Shown piece after piece: positions 46,127 through 58,020 of a DNA stretch of 64,000 nucleotides. Positions within the stretch are counted from its first letter, which is position 1. Each line of letters starts with the position of its first letter. The notes under the pieces were generated by a model. It did not search any database. It had not been told where the DNA came from and worked only from the letters and a program-made list of their open reading frames with translations. The position numbers were made by a program, and so were the translations under genes. The DNA comes from Epithemia pelagica (Eukaryota; Protista; Bacillariophyta): contig OX337230.1 in the NCBI GenBank assembly GCA_946965045.2, positions 3,100,001 through 3,164,000 of the forward strand, read 5' to 3'.

Positions 46127-46970
46127 CGGAATGGACTCCATCTCTTGTGTGTGTGTGTGCATGTGAATTTTCCAAACTCGATAATTGAGGCAGTCTCTAA
46201 AAGACGCTTCAGTGGAATGTGGGTGGCAGAAACGTATGAAACTTATCTGTAAAAGAGTACATAACGAAATGCTAGGAAAAGATATTGTTCCTCCTCTATA
46301 TGGATCCAGCATCTAGAGGAATGAATGGGATTTATGGCCGTCCTTCCCATTGGGAATTTGAATCCCATTGCCGTGTCGACCTTGTCCCCGTGCGTGTCTT
46401 CACAAGGTTGGACTGATCCTTTCCTACTCCTTCCGACGATTTACCTATTCTGGAGTACGAAACTAGCCGAAAGTTCCTACAGAGCCTTTCTCCATTCTCA
46501 AAAAGAGGATAAATTCGGTTCTGATATCCATCTAAACCAGTATCGTATCCAGGGTATGTCCGACATGCTATGGATCGAATCATACGTAGTTCATAGAATC
46601 GAGATGCAACTACCCAGTGCTACTCATCTGAATTCATCGGGACTGGTTGTTCGTTGAACAGAGGTATTAACCTCTTGAAGAGTAACAAATGCAACCTTGA
46701 ATGGGATTTTGGTCATGTGGGATCTTGTTCTAGTACAGGTGTTATGACGCAAGCGGAAGTAAGCATGTAAAATTGCGGACAAGAGGTCCACGAAAGTTCG
46801 TAAGAACAACGCCGGTGTTAGGCTCCAAGGATTCGGCGAAATTGAACAGTAAGTTCTTATTCCCCAGAACCCAGTTGTCTGCCCAGGGCCCAAAACCACA
46901 GTAGGGAAATTGATCCATGCTAAGCGCAATGTCAATTAGGGCAGGGAAATGCATCAGAAAAAGTTACTTT

Positions 46971-48127
46971 CTATCCCTCTTTTGACTTGGACTCATTATT
47001 CCTGTGCTTCCTACATTCCGTCTTGTGTTTTCTCCAGTGCTTCACTTGGCACTCACGACAGCAGTACTGGGCCTTGAAACAGGAAGAGCATCGCCTCACA
47101 TCATCGTTGGTATAGTCCTTGCAACAATCTGGATTGCTGCAGACACTTTTTCGTGTTTTCAGAGCTTCCTTCTTTCTCCACCGTTCTGGGATGGTCAGCT
47201 TGAAGCAAGAATTCTTTGTACTAACGCCACCGTCAGACTCGGAATCAAAACCAGCAATCATATCCAATGGATACCAATTCACCAATGTTTGACCTCCTTA
47301 TTTCTCCTGGTATGGATGGGAGTGGGACCATCATGTGGGTGCTTGGGTCCAATAAGCAGAATCCTGGTGGTGCCCCGGCCTTTGCGACAACTATTTTGTC
47401 GTTGTTCACAGCCGTGATATCGAAGTAACTACCGCCGTCCAAGCTCGACTGCGGAGCTACTGTTCGTCTCCAAAACTCTGGTAGTCGATGGTCAGCAACA
47501 AATTCCTTTCGACGACAATCATATGTTCCTGCACATGCTCCGCCCAGAATGTAGATCAGATCACCAACCGCTACCGCCTTCATTCCCCACCCACGTATCC
47601 GATAACCCTCGAGGGGTATTCTTCCAACTGCAGACCAAGTGTTGGTAGCCATGGAAAACATCTCGACCTCGTCAACGAACTTGTTACATTCACTTATTCC
47701 CCCAAAGACAAAGATTTCCTCATTGACGGCTACTGCAGTAGGGCAAAACCTTGCAATACGCATGGGTGGTACAAATGCGGAGACTCCGGGACGCCACATT
47801 ATACACTTCTGCTAAAGCACTATTGCCTTCGTCATCCCCTTCCAAAACATATGCTGTGCCTCCACAAATTAAAACTTTGTTCCCAACTGCGGCTGCGGCA
47901 CAGTTCATCCGAGTGGTGAGCATCTTGTCACCAGATACTGTCCACGTTCCAGTCTTGGTATTGAACACTTCGACATGGCAGAAGCTCCAGCAAGAAGTGT
48001 CCTGACCACCGAAAGAGTATAGTTTAGAGCCAACAGCAACTACTGCATGGTTGCAGCGGCCTTTAGTCATCGGCATCATTGTTTGCCATTCATTTGCTTC
48101 TCCTTTTCCGTCGTCCTTGTAAGCCAT
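46971..48127 (-). pseudogene. Kelch-repeat plus C-terminal MYND zinc finger gene with two frameshifts
   Basis: Kelch blades (GSKLYSFGG, GNKVLICGG, EEIFVFGG, DLIYILGG) and MYND CSNPDC...CSSCFKAQYCCRECQVKHWRKHKTEC lie in three successive frames, with shifts near 47789 and 47250-47280. Confidence 0.7.
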
Positions 48128-48595
48128 TCTGTTGTTCGGATGCGAGTATAATGACGATAAAGTTGTGAGGCTTAAAAAGTCGTGTTGGATGATATTGATA
48201 TGGGCATGCTGTGGGCTCTATTCGTGGCAAGACCGCGAGCTCCTGTCAGGAAGACTATTAGGCCAACCCTGTGCCGGGTTTTGCCGTCCCCCAATTGGGA
48301 ATGCGAATCCCATTCTACCATGCCGACCTTGTCCCGTGTTTTCACAAGATTAGACCAATCCTGTCTTTCCGACTATACACCAAACTGCTGCATTCTCGTA
48401 GTCGATCACAGCCTCGAACACCAGCTTTGAAATACACGAGGACATCGCCGGAGTGGGGTACATCGTGTGCTGGAACGAATACATCTTGTGGAAGCCCTTT
48501 GCCGTCGTTCAAGTGAAGTCCCATGTTCATCTCCATCCACCAAGCCAGACGTCAGAAAGGAGGAATGCGAACCTCTACTCAACCAGTCGTAAATC

Positions 48596-48807
48596 TACTT
48601 TAATAGCCAGGGTGGGACGAGGAGGAGCTAGGGTGTGAGGAGTGGCTTAACTCCGAGAAGGGCAATAGCGACGAGGAGTGGACTGCCCCTGTGAGATCCG
48701 CGTAAGCGGATCGAGGGGGCAACCCACGACAAGAAGCTATTGCCCGACGAGGAGTTAAGCCACGAGGAGCGCCCTGCGACGAGGAGTCCCCCGGGGCTAT
48801 TAAAGTA
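48596..48807 (+). other. 212-nt imperfect rod-like hairpin with recurrent (A)CGAGGAG motifs
   Basis: Nested complementary blocks TACTTTAATAGCC/GGCTATTAAAGTA, GGGAC/GTCCC, TAGGGTG/CGCCCTG, GTGGCTTAACTCC/GGAGTTAAGCCAC, GGGCAATAGC/GCTATTGCCC, GTGG/CCAC, TGCCCCT/AGGGGGCA, GATCCGC/GCGGATC, closed by a GTAA loop. Confidence 0.85.
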
Positions 48808-49045
48808 TGTTAGCTTCCTTTGTCACGAGGAGTCGTGCCAGCGCGCTTTAGGTATTTATCGGTCTTCCTAAGTGATCGGTACTCAAAATGTATACTTAGT
48901 ACTCGTGAGCCTAATTAGTCTTAGAGACTTTCGCTGGCCATACTCATGATGGCGCACTAGGTAATCTTTAATCCTTTGTAAATAAACCGGTCACTTAAGG
49001 GATCACATACAACTATATCGGATGACTTTTAACGCTCAATGTCAA

Positions 49046-50194
49046 CCCTCCGACTAGGTGTCCGCTTCTTAGCCCCCCAGCCGCTCTCCGCGACCAACCA
49101 TTTTAATTTTGGTTTTTTTACGTTTTTGAAGAAAATTTCGGGTCAAAATGAAAATGATCACGCCGGCCTTCTGGATCACCGTTTTGAAATTTTGTGAGCA
49201 GGCGTGCGCACTTTGACCATTCTTGATTGTCGTCCCAAGTTGCGACCAACATTATTTTCACTACGCACCTTTTGACATGGATAATGGACATGCACCATCA
49301 CAATGCATTCTCCATCATCTGCACACCATGGACATTTGACATATAGACCATAGATAGTGTTTTGCTCTACCCCATCCTTTCTTTGTTTTTTCTAGGAGAA
49401 GTGTGGTTGTTTCTAGTGTTTGTGTCCGTTTAAAAGTGGACCCTCCTCCACAACACCGTGCCGTTGCCGTAGGCTTGTCTCTTTACAACCACATACAGTC
49501 CTATTTTAGAATACGTCTCTTTCTAGTTGCGTTATGGAGCATATAGAGTGTAGAGTCCCCTGCACTGCTGGGAAAGACAAGTCATGCTCATGGCAACAAA
49601 AAAAGAACAACACGAGCAGGTCGACATCACAATCCACTAAAGACCCAAACTGAGCGACAGCAGAGGAAAAATGGATGGCTTCCTCCACTTATCCTACCTA
49701 CTCCTAATTGAGGTCTATAGCTCTATTTTGTCCTATAAGAATCCTACAAATGATGCCAGCGGCCCCACATGGCATCGACCAAAATGGATGTTACATGGCA
49801 CAAACAAATGACACACTACGGCAACTGGCAACGTAGTGAGAGCCTACAACTAAACATTGTCCATTCCAATGCAAGTATTAGCCATTCCATAACTTACCAT
49901 GATGGATGTGCAGAGACAAAGATGAGATGAGATGGCCAGGGACGAAGCATGCCGTTTTTGGTGTTGGTTTGGTCATTGCCTCGTTTTGTTGCCTGCATCG
50001 ATTTTGTGACCCGTTAACTCACTGAGAACACTATTTTGAGTCTTGTTGAGCAGAACGCCTGCCACCTTCCAACTGTCACATCACGCCAGCCTTTCCACCG
50101 ATGGATGTGAAATTTCCATTCATTTTTTTGTCTGTGAGATTGGGTTTGTCTTGCCCGAACAGACGAGCTAAGAAGCGGACATCTAGTCGGAGGG
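49046..50194. mobile_element. Non-autonomous TIR element (MITE-like), 1149 bp
   Basis: 28-bp inverted repeats: CCCTCCGACTAGGTGTCCGCTTCTTAGC (49046-49073) and its reverse complement (50167-50194) with one mismatch. No coding capacity and no clear TSD. Confidence 0.7.
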
Positions 50195-53052
50195 ATTCGT
50201 CCCACATTTATTGCATGCCAATCAAACTCCGAGGCGTGCTTGTTCTTTAAATACTCATACAGAATACTTAAAGTCAATGTTCCGCATTTCCCACTCCGAC
50301 TGATACAACAACACAACACACAACAAAGCACCAACAACCAACACCTACTTTTTCGTTTCCCGGGCTATTCTAGATTATCACACTAAAGGAAAATCCCTCG
50401 GTATAGGTGACCACCTATTAATCGTCTGCCAGTCGTCCACCGAATTCTTCTCTGGCCTGGTTTTTTCCTTTTTTCATGTCAAAATTTTCTGGCAAAATCA
50501 GAAGGAACTCGCCGGCACAACCTGGTCACATTTCAAATCAGTTTGAGAATGGCCCAGCGTGCATGACCGTTGGTCTTGATTCTTGATTCTTGATGCACAG
50601 CCTTCATTCGCCACTCGCCACACTCTCCAAACACAAACAAACCTCACCCCTCACCCATGCCAATGGCAATGACATGGTTTGTCTGCTTTCATGCGACTCA
50701 GGTATGTAAGATGGAAGAGAGGACAGAACTGCTATTCTGATAAGGACAAGTTTCCCACTCGCCCTTCCCTGCCACTTTTCTTTGCTCCATCTGAGGAATC
50801 ATTGCGACTGGAATCATTGCGACTCTTCTCCGTAGTCTTAATGCTTGATTCAGTAAAAGCCCTTTTATTTGATACTCTCTTGTCTCTACATCAAATTCCT
50901 ATTCTTATTCAATCATAGGGTCAATTTCAATAGGGCTGGCGATTACTTGCTTTTATTGCGTTCGTCTTCGTTCTATTCCTTCCAGGACATGTCCTTGGCG
51001 GGGAAGATAAACTAAGCGAAAGAAAAGAGTCCATCTTATCAAGCAGTTCATCGAAGGAGATTTTAGGGACAAAGAGAAGCATATAAAAAGGGTTGACAAT
51101 AAGAATCTCATGGTTTGCCATGTAAAACTTTGATTGGAAGTCGTCAATTCGAATGATAGAAAAGGTAAGGCCCAATGGCCCCTATGAAAAGAAAATAGTG
51201 AAATATCCTACCAATCCTACAGAAGATAAGAGGCAAAGGAACAACTAACAATGAAAGGTAAGACGCGCTCCTTCGACAACGATTCGTCCGGAGTTCATGC
51301 CCCTTGGTCATCATGGTCCGTGTTTTCATCGACCCTCCAAATTTTGCTCTCACGGTTTTTATGAGACGCTGTCGCTCGCGAGCGTCTGGAATTTGAATCG
51401 TGTTGATCAGAGGACGCCCGCCAACCTTCAACTGTCACTTTCACGCCGGCCATTCTACATGACGTTTTTGCTTTTGGGAGATTTTGTGGGGGAGAAGGAC
51501 AGATCTTTCGTGAGCGACTGGCAGACGATTAATAGGTGGCCACCGATACAGAGCCGTACAGTAAGTTTTGGGGCTTAGGTAGTGTGAGTGTGGGGAGTGA
51601 CCCACTCCTCAGTGAGTGGGGAAGGGCACGACGACGGTAGAACGACGAGTGATAAAGGTAGTGTTTGACCTGCCGTGGTGTTGTTGATCGAACCGGTCGG
51701 AAGAGTCCTTACCACATACACGTGTGCGATTGACAACCTAGTGTCGATTCCAAACATGGTCCTGCGTCCATATCTTGGTGCACTACAAGTCTGAACCAAA
51801 GGAGACTATCGTCTCACCACATGAGTACGTTCCATCCACCAACCACAAACACACACCGGAATACGAATCTACCACTTAATAGCCAGTCGTGTTAGTGGTA
51901 CTGTGGTGGTCCAAATCACCGTCGGGCAAACTGTCATTTCTCAACAAAGTTGGAGTACATCGCTCTAGGTTCTCTCTTCACGACGGAGAGGTGAACAAAA
52001 GGGTACTCAGGCTCTATTGTTCGTTCCTGAAATACTCGTAGCCAATTGTGCCATCAGTTGAAGTCTCCAGATGAGGTGCAAGAAAATAGACTACCTATGC
52101 TATTAGGAGTAATTGCTACCCCGATCGTAAAGCCCTTAACCCTAATGATGTTTGTATGGTGCAGATGCAGAATGCAGGAGGCAGGAGAGCAACGCCAAAA
52201 AACACACCCAACCAAAGACTGCACAGAGATTTTCCGCATTCTTTTCATTTACACTAAAATAGGCGGAAGTACAATCTACGGTACATATATACTTCTTATA
52301 GGTCAGATGGACAGGCTTCGGATTTGTAATGGGGTGTCCTTTGTCGCTGGGTTGTCTTTGTCGCTTGTCGTGGCGTGTTATCTTCTTTAGCTGCGACTAC
52401 CACGGCATCGATGATGTTCATGTTTCGATTATGGACGGTCCCACGAAGAACAAAGAACAACAAAGAACAACAAACAACAAAATAAAAAAGAAGTGGTGGC
52501 AGCAGCACCAAAGGCGACAACAGGGGCGGGCAGTAACTAGCAGCGACGGCACAGGGGCCGCCAAGGATAACGAGAACAACCAGAGCGCAACAGAGGAATT
52601 CCTTGATTTGGATCATGTGGTAGCTTGCCTGATAACACCTCTTTCAAATCCAATTTTTGAGAAACGAGTGGAACCAAGACAGAGGAATCACTCACACCGT
52701 CTCTCTCGGCGAGAGTTTGGAGAGGAGAGGGAAGGAGAAGGAAGCAACTAGTGTTAGTTCATTCCAACACACAACACTCTTTCTTCCTCCGTCTCCTCTC
52801 TCCTTGTCCAAGGACTCCTCCTCAAGGTGAACTCTTCAAGAAGTGGTCGCTGTTTTCACGGAACAACAAACAGCAAACCAGCTAGAGTGAGAGAGTGAAA
52901 GATCTTTTGGTTTTTATAGTTGGGATTGCTGTTTAAAACGAGGAACCCGTGATTTGGTACGGAAGCTGTCTTGTGTTTTTTTAACCTAATCGCATTGCAA
53001 TCCACCAAGAGCCATCCATAGCCGTCATTCGAAACACACAAGGACGTCAAAG

Positions 53053-56000
53053 ATGGACTATTCCAGTGTGGAGTTTGGCACCTTGGCGGAGCAAGTCGAT
53101 GAAACACATTATGATAACCGCATTGATGCCGACGACGATTTGGAAAAGGGACGCATCAAATTTCCTTCCACTCGAGAAAGACTCTATGGAAGAGAACCAC
53201 AACTGCAGCAACTGTCAGAGATTTACCATGCCGTGCAACAACCAGCAGCATTGTTGGTGGAAACAACACAAGGAAGAAGTCAAGAGGATGAAGCGACGAG
53301 AGAAGAGGTTTCAACTCCTGAACAAGCCCTCGCACAAGTAGCGAAAGCTGGTTCGTCCAACGAACCGCAGAATCCTCTCCTCCCAGGCCGCACTAGGAGT
53401 AGCACATCAAGGATGAGTCACGTTGTCTTTCTGGCTGGTTATTCTGGGACGGGTAAATCCACGTTGGTCGACGCTTTTGTTCATGAATTATACCAGCATG
53501 AGAAAAGCAAAACGGGGGGAGGAGATGAACGATTGTGCTTGGATTATTTGTGGGGTAAATTTGCATGTTCTCTTCAGGTCACGGTTCCCTTTTCGGCCTT
53601 GTCACAGGCACTCAATCAATGGGTCCTGCATCTCCTGACACACTCCGGTCCAGCCGTAAAACCATCCAACAACCATCATCATCCTTGTCACCGTCATGCA
53701 TGGATTCGTGCCTTTGTTCAAAGCTTGGCGGCCTTGGATATTTATCCAGGCAGTTCGTATGCTACTGTTTTGGAACAAACGTTGATACCTGCCCTGCCAC
53801 GATTGTTGCAACGATTTGCCGCCGCACCGGCCACCACAACCTTGCGCCCCGTAGACTCGTCTCCAACGACAAGCACAAACACGACAAGAACTGGAAGTAC
53901 CACAAACGCAACCACCATTAATGGGACCTTGATTCAATACACGGTGCAAAAGTTTATGCGGGCCCTCACCACTACGACAACATCTGGTTCTCCTCGCAAC
54001 CGGACAGCGACACCTCTTCCTCCTCCAGTCATTTTCTTTTTGGATGATTTACAATGGGCGGACAAGGCATCCTTGCAATTGCTTTCAGCCTTGTTATTGG
54101 ATAAGGCCTTGTACAACATTTTGTTTCTTCTAGCCTATCGACCCAATGAAATGGGACCCCATCAAGAGGAATTTGTCACACTAGTACAACAACTCCAAGA
54201 GGCACGGTCCCACAACAAGTATAACGACAACAAGGATAGCGACAAAGATTCTCATACCACGGCCAACAGTGACGATGATGACGACACCGAGCCTGCCCAA
54301 GAAAAGAAAGAAGACGCAGCGAGAGTAGATACAGCTTCCGAGGGAGCAAGCAACGTCAACAAGACCTTGTCGGAGGTATGTCAAGCCGTAGCCTCAGCCT
54401 CGGCTGCTTCCCATGGAATACACTTTATGGAACTCTTCAATCTATCTCCCGACAGTATTGCAGAATTTATCGCCGATTCGATTGATAAAACGCCCGAGGA
54501 TGTGACTTTGGTGGCCGATGCCATTTATCAAAAGACTTTGGGAAACATTTTCTTTGTCAAACAAGCCATGGAAGAATTGGTTCGCAAAAATGCCTTGTAC
54601 TATGATATGGTCATGTTTGAATGGCAATTTGGCAATGTTTCGCGAGTCGAATTGGAACAATTTTTGTCGGAAGATGTCTTGGAAATGGTCCAATCCAAAA
54701 TTCAAACCGTACCACGAACCTTGCAAAAGGCCTTGGTGTTGGCGGCCTATACCAGTCAAACGACGATTGAATTGAGTTTGTTACAAGCATTGTTGCAAAC
54801 CGATGTGACGGTAGATCGACGCGAGACAACCTTAGAGGCTCTACTCGTGTTGATGAATCGAGCCTTTGTCGAAGGTCTCATGTTGCGATGCCATCATCCT
54901 CACAATCACCATGCTCCAAACAGCAACGGTCGCAATCCCCGCAACACGAACAACGACAGTCTACAGAGCAGTCATCCCACTCTCAACCTCACCGAATCGT
55001 CGTCGTCGTCCTTTTTCCCCATGGACGACGCGTCCCGCTTGATGGCCAATGCCGGCAAGAATCAATCGCATCCACCCGATAGATCAACGTCACCACAAGG
55101 AGTTCCTTCGATTCGATATCAATTCACACACGACCGTATACGCGAGGCTGCTTGTGCTACAGTACTGGAGGGACCGGAACGAGACAAGATGTTGCTTCGC
55201 ATCTCCAAAGTCTTGCTGGCAAAAGCGGTACATGTGGGCACCGAAAACGAAACAAGTCGAGTCGATCTGCTTCCAGACGACGCCCACGTGGATGACCATT
55301 GCAGTGATTGGATGTTGTTCACCGCAGCGCGTCATTTAAATTCCTTACCCGACAAGTTCACCAACGACATGCAACTTCCCCATCTCAACTTGAGGGTTGC
55401 GAAACTTGCCGTGTACAAAGGCGCCTTCAATGAAGCCCGAATCTTTTTGGAAGAGGGTATCAAACGTCTCGATGAAAATTGCTGGGACAGTGACTACAAC
55501 TTGTGTCTAGAACTGAAGGTGACTCTGGCCGAGACCGATCGAAAGCTGGGTCACAACGAGAAAGTCGTCGAATTGGCAGAGGAAATTTTCGAGAATGCCA
55601 AATCGTTGTTGGATAAGAGCCGAATTCACTCTTCGTACATTGAGGCAACCAACAGCAAGAATGACAATAACTACGTCAAATCGGTCGATGTGGCATTGGG
55701 AATTTTGAAATTGTACAACGTCGATGTGCCTAGTGCTCCCAACAAGGGAACTGTCAAACGAGAAAAGATGCAGCTGCGCTTGGCCCTCCGCGGAAGGTCC
55801 ATGTTGTGTTTGACCAAGTTCCCTGTGTCCCATGATGCGTTGCAAATTGCGCAAATGAAGGTGGCCTGGTTGACTGTCTTGTACGCTCTTTTGGGTCAAC
55901 GAACCAATTTGGCAGTCCTCGTAGGCTATCGCATGTTCCGCGTGGTACTGACCAACAAGACCATTACCAAAGACTTGCCTAGCATGTTGGAAATACTGGG

Positions 56001-57255
56001 TGGTCAATCACGGGAAAACGGAAAATACGAAAGTGCTTTCATGTTTGCCAATATGGCAATTGGTTTACTCGATCGCTTTCCGGAGGAGAAGGGATTGGAA
56101 TTCCTCCGCGCCAGAGTGGGCCTCTACTCGTCACTGTTTTGCCTTCGATTGCCCTTTCGAGATTGTGTAGAGCCCTTTTTAGACTTGAGCAAATTGGGGT
56201 ATGCTCAAGGGGAAACCGAATACGGTTTGGGTGCTGCCATGTTGGCCATGTTTTCCTTCATGATTGCCTCCCTTCCACTGAACGCGCTTTTTGAACCCAA
56301 GCTATTGCTTTTTGAAGAAATGGCGTTGCATCGAGGACGTAAGAATTTTACTATTATCTTTCGTCTTATCCGGCAGTATCTATATAATCTCCAAGGGGGA
56401 AGCAAGGCCTCGCCGGTGCCCACTCAAGTGAATGGTGAAGCCTTTGATGAATTCAATGCACTGGCCATGTTGGACGGTCCGGTACGGAAGCAAAACATCC
56501 GAGATATCAGCATGATCAGGCTGGAACTCGCTGTCCTTTTTGACGAACAAGCCACAATGGAGCGAATGCTAGAGAGATTGGATGAATATCCCATTCATGA
56601 CCTGTTGACCGTACGACAGCATCTTCGGATGACGTATATTGGCTTGGCCTCTATGATTTTATGTTCTCGAAAGCCAAATCGCCGTGGAAGCATTAGCAAT
56701 CAAAGTTCTGGTGCGACAAAGGCTGATAAATGGGCCAAGCTCTCGCTGAAATACTTTGAAGAGTTTTCTCGCTTTGGATCGCCGAATGCACAACCCGTCC
56801 ATGCTTGTTTGAAGGCCCTGAACAAACCTAGTGTATCAGCCTTCGATGAAGCAATTGATGCGTGTGCCAATGCCGGTCTTTTAAACTTGACGGCAATCAT
56901 GAACGAGCGCTGTGGCATCATGCTATTCCAAAATCCCGGCTTGAACCCAACCACCAATGGGGAAAAGACTCGTAGTGCCAAAAGCTCAATCCGTGCGGCG
57001 GAACAGGCTACTACAAGCTCTTCTCAAACTGGACCACTCCACGAGACCTATCTCAAATGCGCTCTTTGGTTGTATCATGATTGGGGAGCCAAAGGAAAAG
57101 TAGTAGATATGCAGTCTCGATTTGAATTCTTGCAGAATGTTATGAAAGAGAAGCCACCTTCGCAGCTGAGTTCAGTCCGACGTCGAGCTGTCAAGTGTGG
57201 AATCCCTCGACTTGCCACGACATCTACGATTGTAACGGCCGCAACGTCGTACTAA
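53053..57255 (+). CDS. STAND/AAA_16 ATPase with a TPR-like C-terminal region (1400 aa)
   Basis: LYGRE, Walker A FLAGYSGTGKSTL, Walker B FFLDDLQWAD, GNIFFVKQ, FTHDRIREAA, C-terminal YHDWGAKGKV as in HstK-type multi-sensor proteins. Confidence 0.85.
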   Translation: MDYSSVEFGTLAEQVDETHYDNRIDADDDLEKGRIKFPSTRERLYGREPQLQQLSEIYHAVQQPAALLVETTQGRSQEDEATREEVSTPEQALAQVAKAGSSNEPQNPLLPGRTRSSTSRMSHVVFLAGYSGTGKSTLVDAFVHELYQHEKSKTGGGDERLCLDYLWGKFACSLQVTVPFSALSQALNQWVLHLLTHSGPAVKPSNNHHHPCHRHAWIRAFVQSLAALDIYPGSSYATVLEQTLIPALPRLLQRFAAAPATTTLRPVDSSPTTSTNTTRTGSTTNATTINGTLIQYTVQKFMRALTTTTTSGSPRNRTATPLPPPVIFFLDDLQWADKASLQLLSALLLDKALYNILFLLAYRPNEMGPHQEEFVTLVQQLQEARSHNKYNDNKDSDKDSHTTANSDDDDDTEPAQEKKEDAARVDTASEGASNVNKTLSEVCQAVASASAASHGIHFMELFNLSPDSIAEFIADSIDKTPEDVTLVADAIYQKTLGNIFFVKQAMEELVRKNALYYDMVMFEWQFGNVSRVELEQFLSEDVLEMVQSKIQTVPRTLQKALVLAAYTSQTTIELSLLQALLQTDVTVDRRETTLEALLVLMNRAFVEGLMLRCHHPHNHHAPNSNGRNPRNTNNDSLQSSHPTLNLTESSSSSFFPMDDASRLMANAGKNQSHPPDRSTSPQGVPSIRYQFTHDRIREAACATVLEGPERDKMLLRISKVLLAKAVHVGTENETSRVDLLPDDAHVDDHCSDWMLFTAARHLNSLPDKFTNDMQLPHLNLRVAKLAVYKGAFNEARIFLEEGIKRLDENCWDSDYNLCLELKVTLAETDRKLGHNEKVVELAEEIFENAKSLLDKSRIHSSYIEATNSKNDNNYVKSVDVALGILKLYNVDVPSAPNKGTVKREKMQLRLALRGRSMLCLTKFPVSHDALQIAQMKVAWLTVLYALLGQRTNLAVLVGYRMFRVVLTNKTITKDLPSMLEILGGQSRENGKYESAFMFANMAIGLLDRFPEEKGLEFLRARVGLYSSLFCLRLPFRDCVEPFLDLSKLGYAQGETEYGLGAAMLAMFSFMIASLPLNALFEPKLLLFEEMALHRGRKNFTIIFRLIRQYLYNLQGGSKASPVPTQVNGEAFDEFNALAMLDGPVRKQNIRDISMIRLELAVLFDEQATMERMLERLDEYPIHDLLTVRQHLRMTYIGLASMILCSRKPNRRGSISNQSSGATKADKWAKLSLKYFEEFSRFGSPNAQPVHACLKALNKPSVSAFDEAIDACANAGLLNLTAIMNERCGIMLFQNPGLNPTTNGEKTRSAKSSIRAAEQATTSSSQTGPLHETYLKCALWLYHDWGAKGKVVDMQSRFEFLQNVMKEKPPSQLSSVRRRAVKCGIPRLATTSTIVTAATSY

Positions 57256-58020
57256 GACCACCACGACGACGACACGAATACGAAGAACAAACTGTGAAGG
57301 GCGGACCATCCGAAACCCGTTCGCTTTGAACTCACAGGACAAGCCGCCGTCACTTTCAATGGGAATTCAAGACGGCCGATCTTCTCGCCTCCAGCCATCA
57401 CGGTTCATTGGTATTTGCTTTATGAACACGGTCATCCCTGCAATGATATGGTCGTGGTTCCACGATGCGTCGTAAGACGTGACGCGAGGTGCCAGGGAAA
57501 ATACGAGGAATATGGCACTTTTTGGCAAAAGAGGCATGCTGGGTGCCGTCTGTGCTGTAAACGAGAGTCGGAACTCTCTGAAACAGAGAACAATGGTCCC
57601 TCTCATCAGCGCAAGTCTTCCAGAACTCGTTGGTTCTTGGTACGCAATGCCTCCGTCACAGAATTCATCACACAACTAGACTGGAACCCAGTGTGGTGGG
57701 AAGTAGAAACTCACGCTATTATTCTTGTAAATAGTTGATGCTTTTCTTAAGTCCCCCTTGTCTCTTTGACAATGCTGGATACAATGTCATTGATCTGAGT
57801 GTCACTCCAATGTACTGTTTGCATCGTTCCTCGGGTGTTTTTGTGGTTCCTGTATTTCGGTTAGGGTGTTTGAAAACCAAGTTCCAAAGTAGATATTGTA
57901 GAAGAGACACCCCCTCAACCAAAGGACGAACGACGGCACAAAAGAGACACAGAGCACACTGACTGTGTTGTGGACAATTCTTATCGCTCATCCTCAAATG
58001 ATGATACCGATGAACCAGGT

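Noticed and set aside
48549-49054. Solo-LTR call bounded by GTCAGAAAGG and CCCTCCGAC
   Set aside because: The right boundary belongs to the MITE TIR, and no TG...CA ends or TSD were found. An LTR origin for the hairpin remains only a hypothesis.
52133-52145. CCCTTAACCCTAA telomere-like stretch
   Set aside because: Fewer than two perfect units; consistent with chance.
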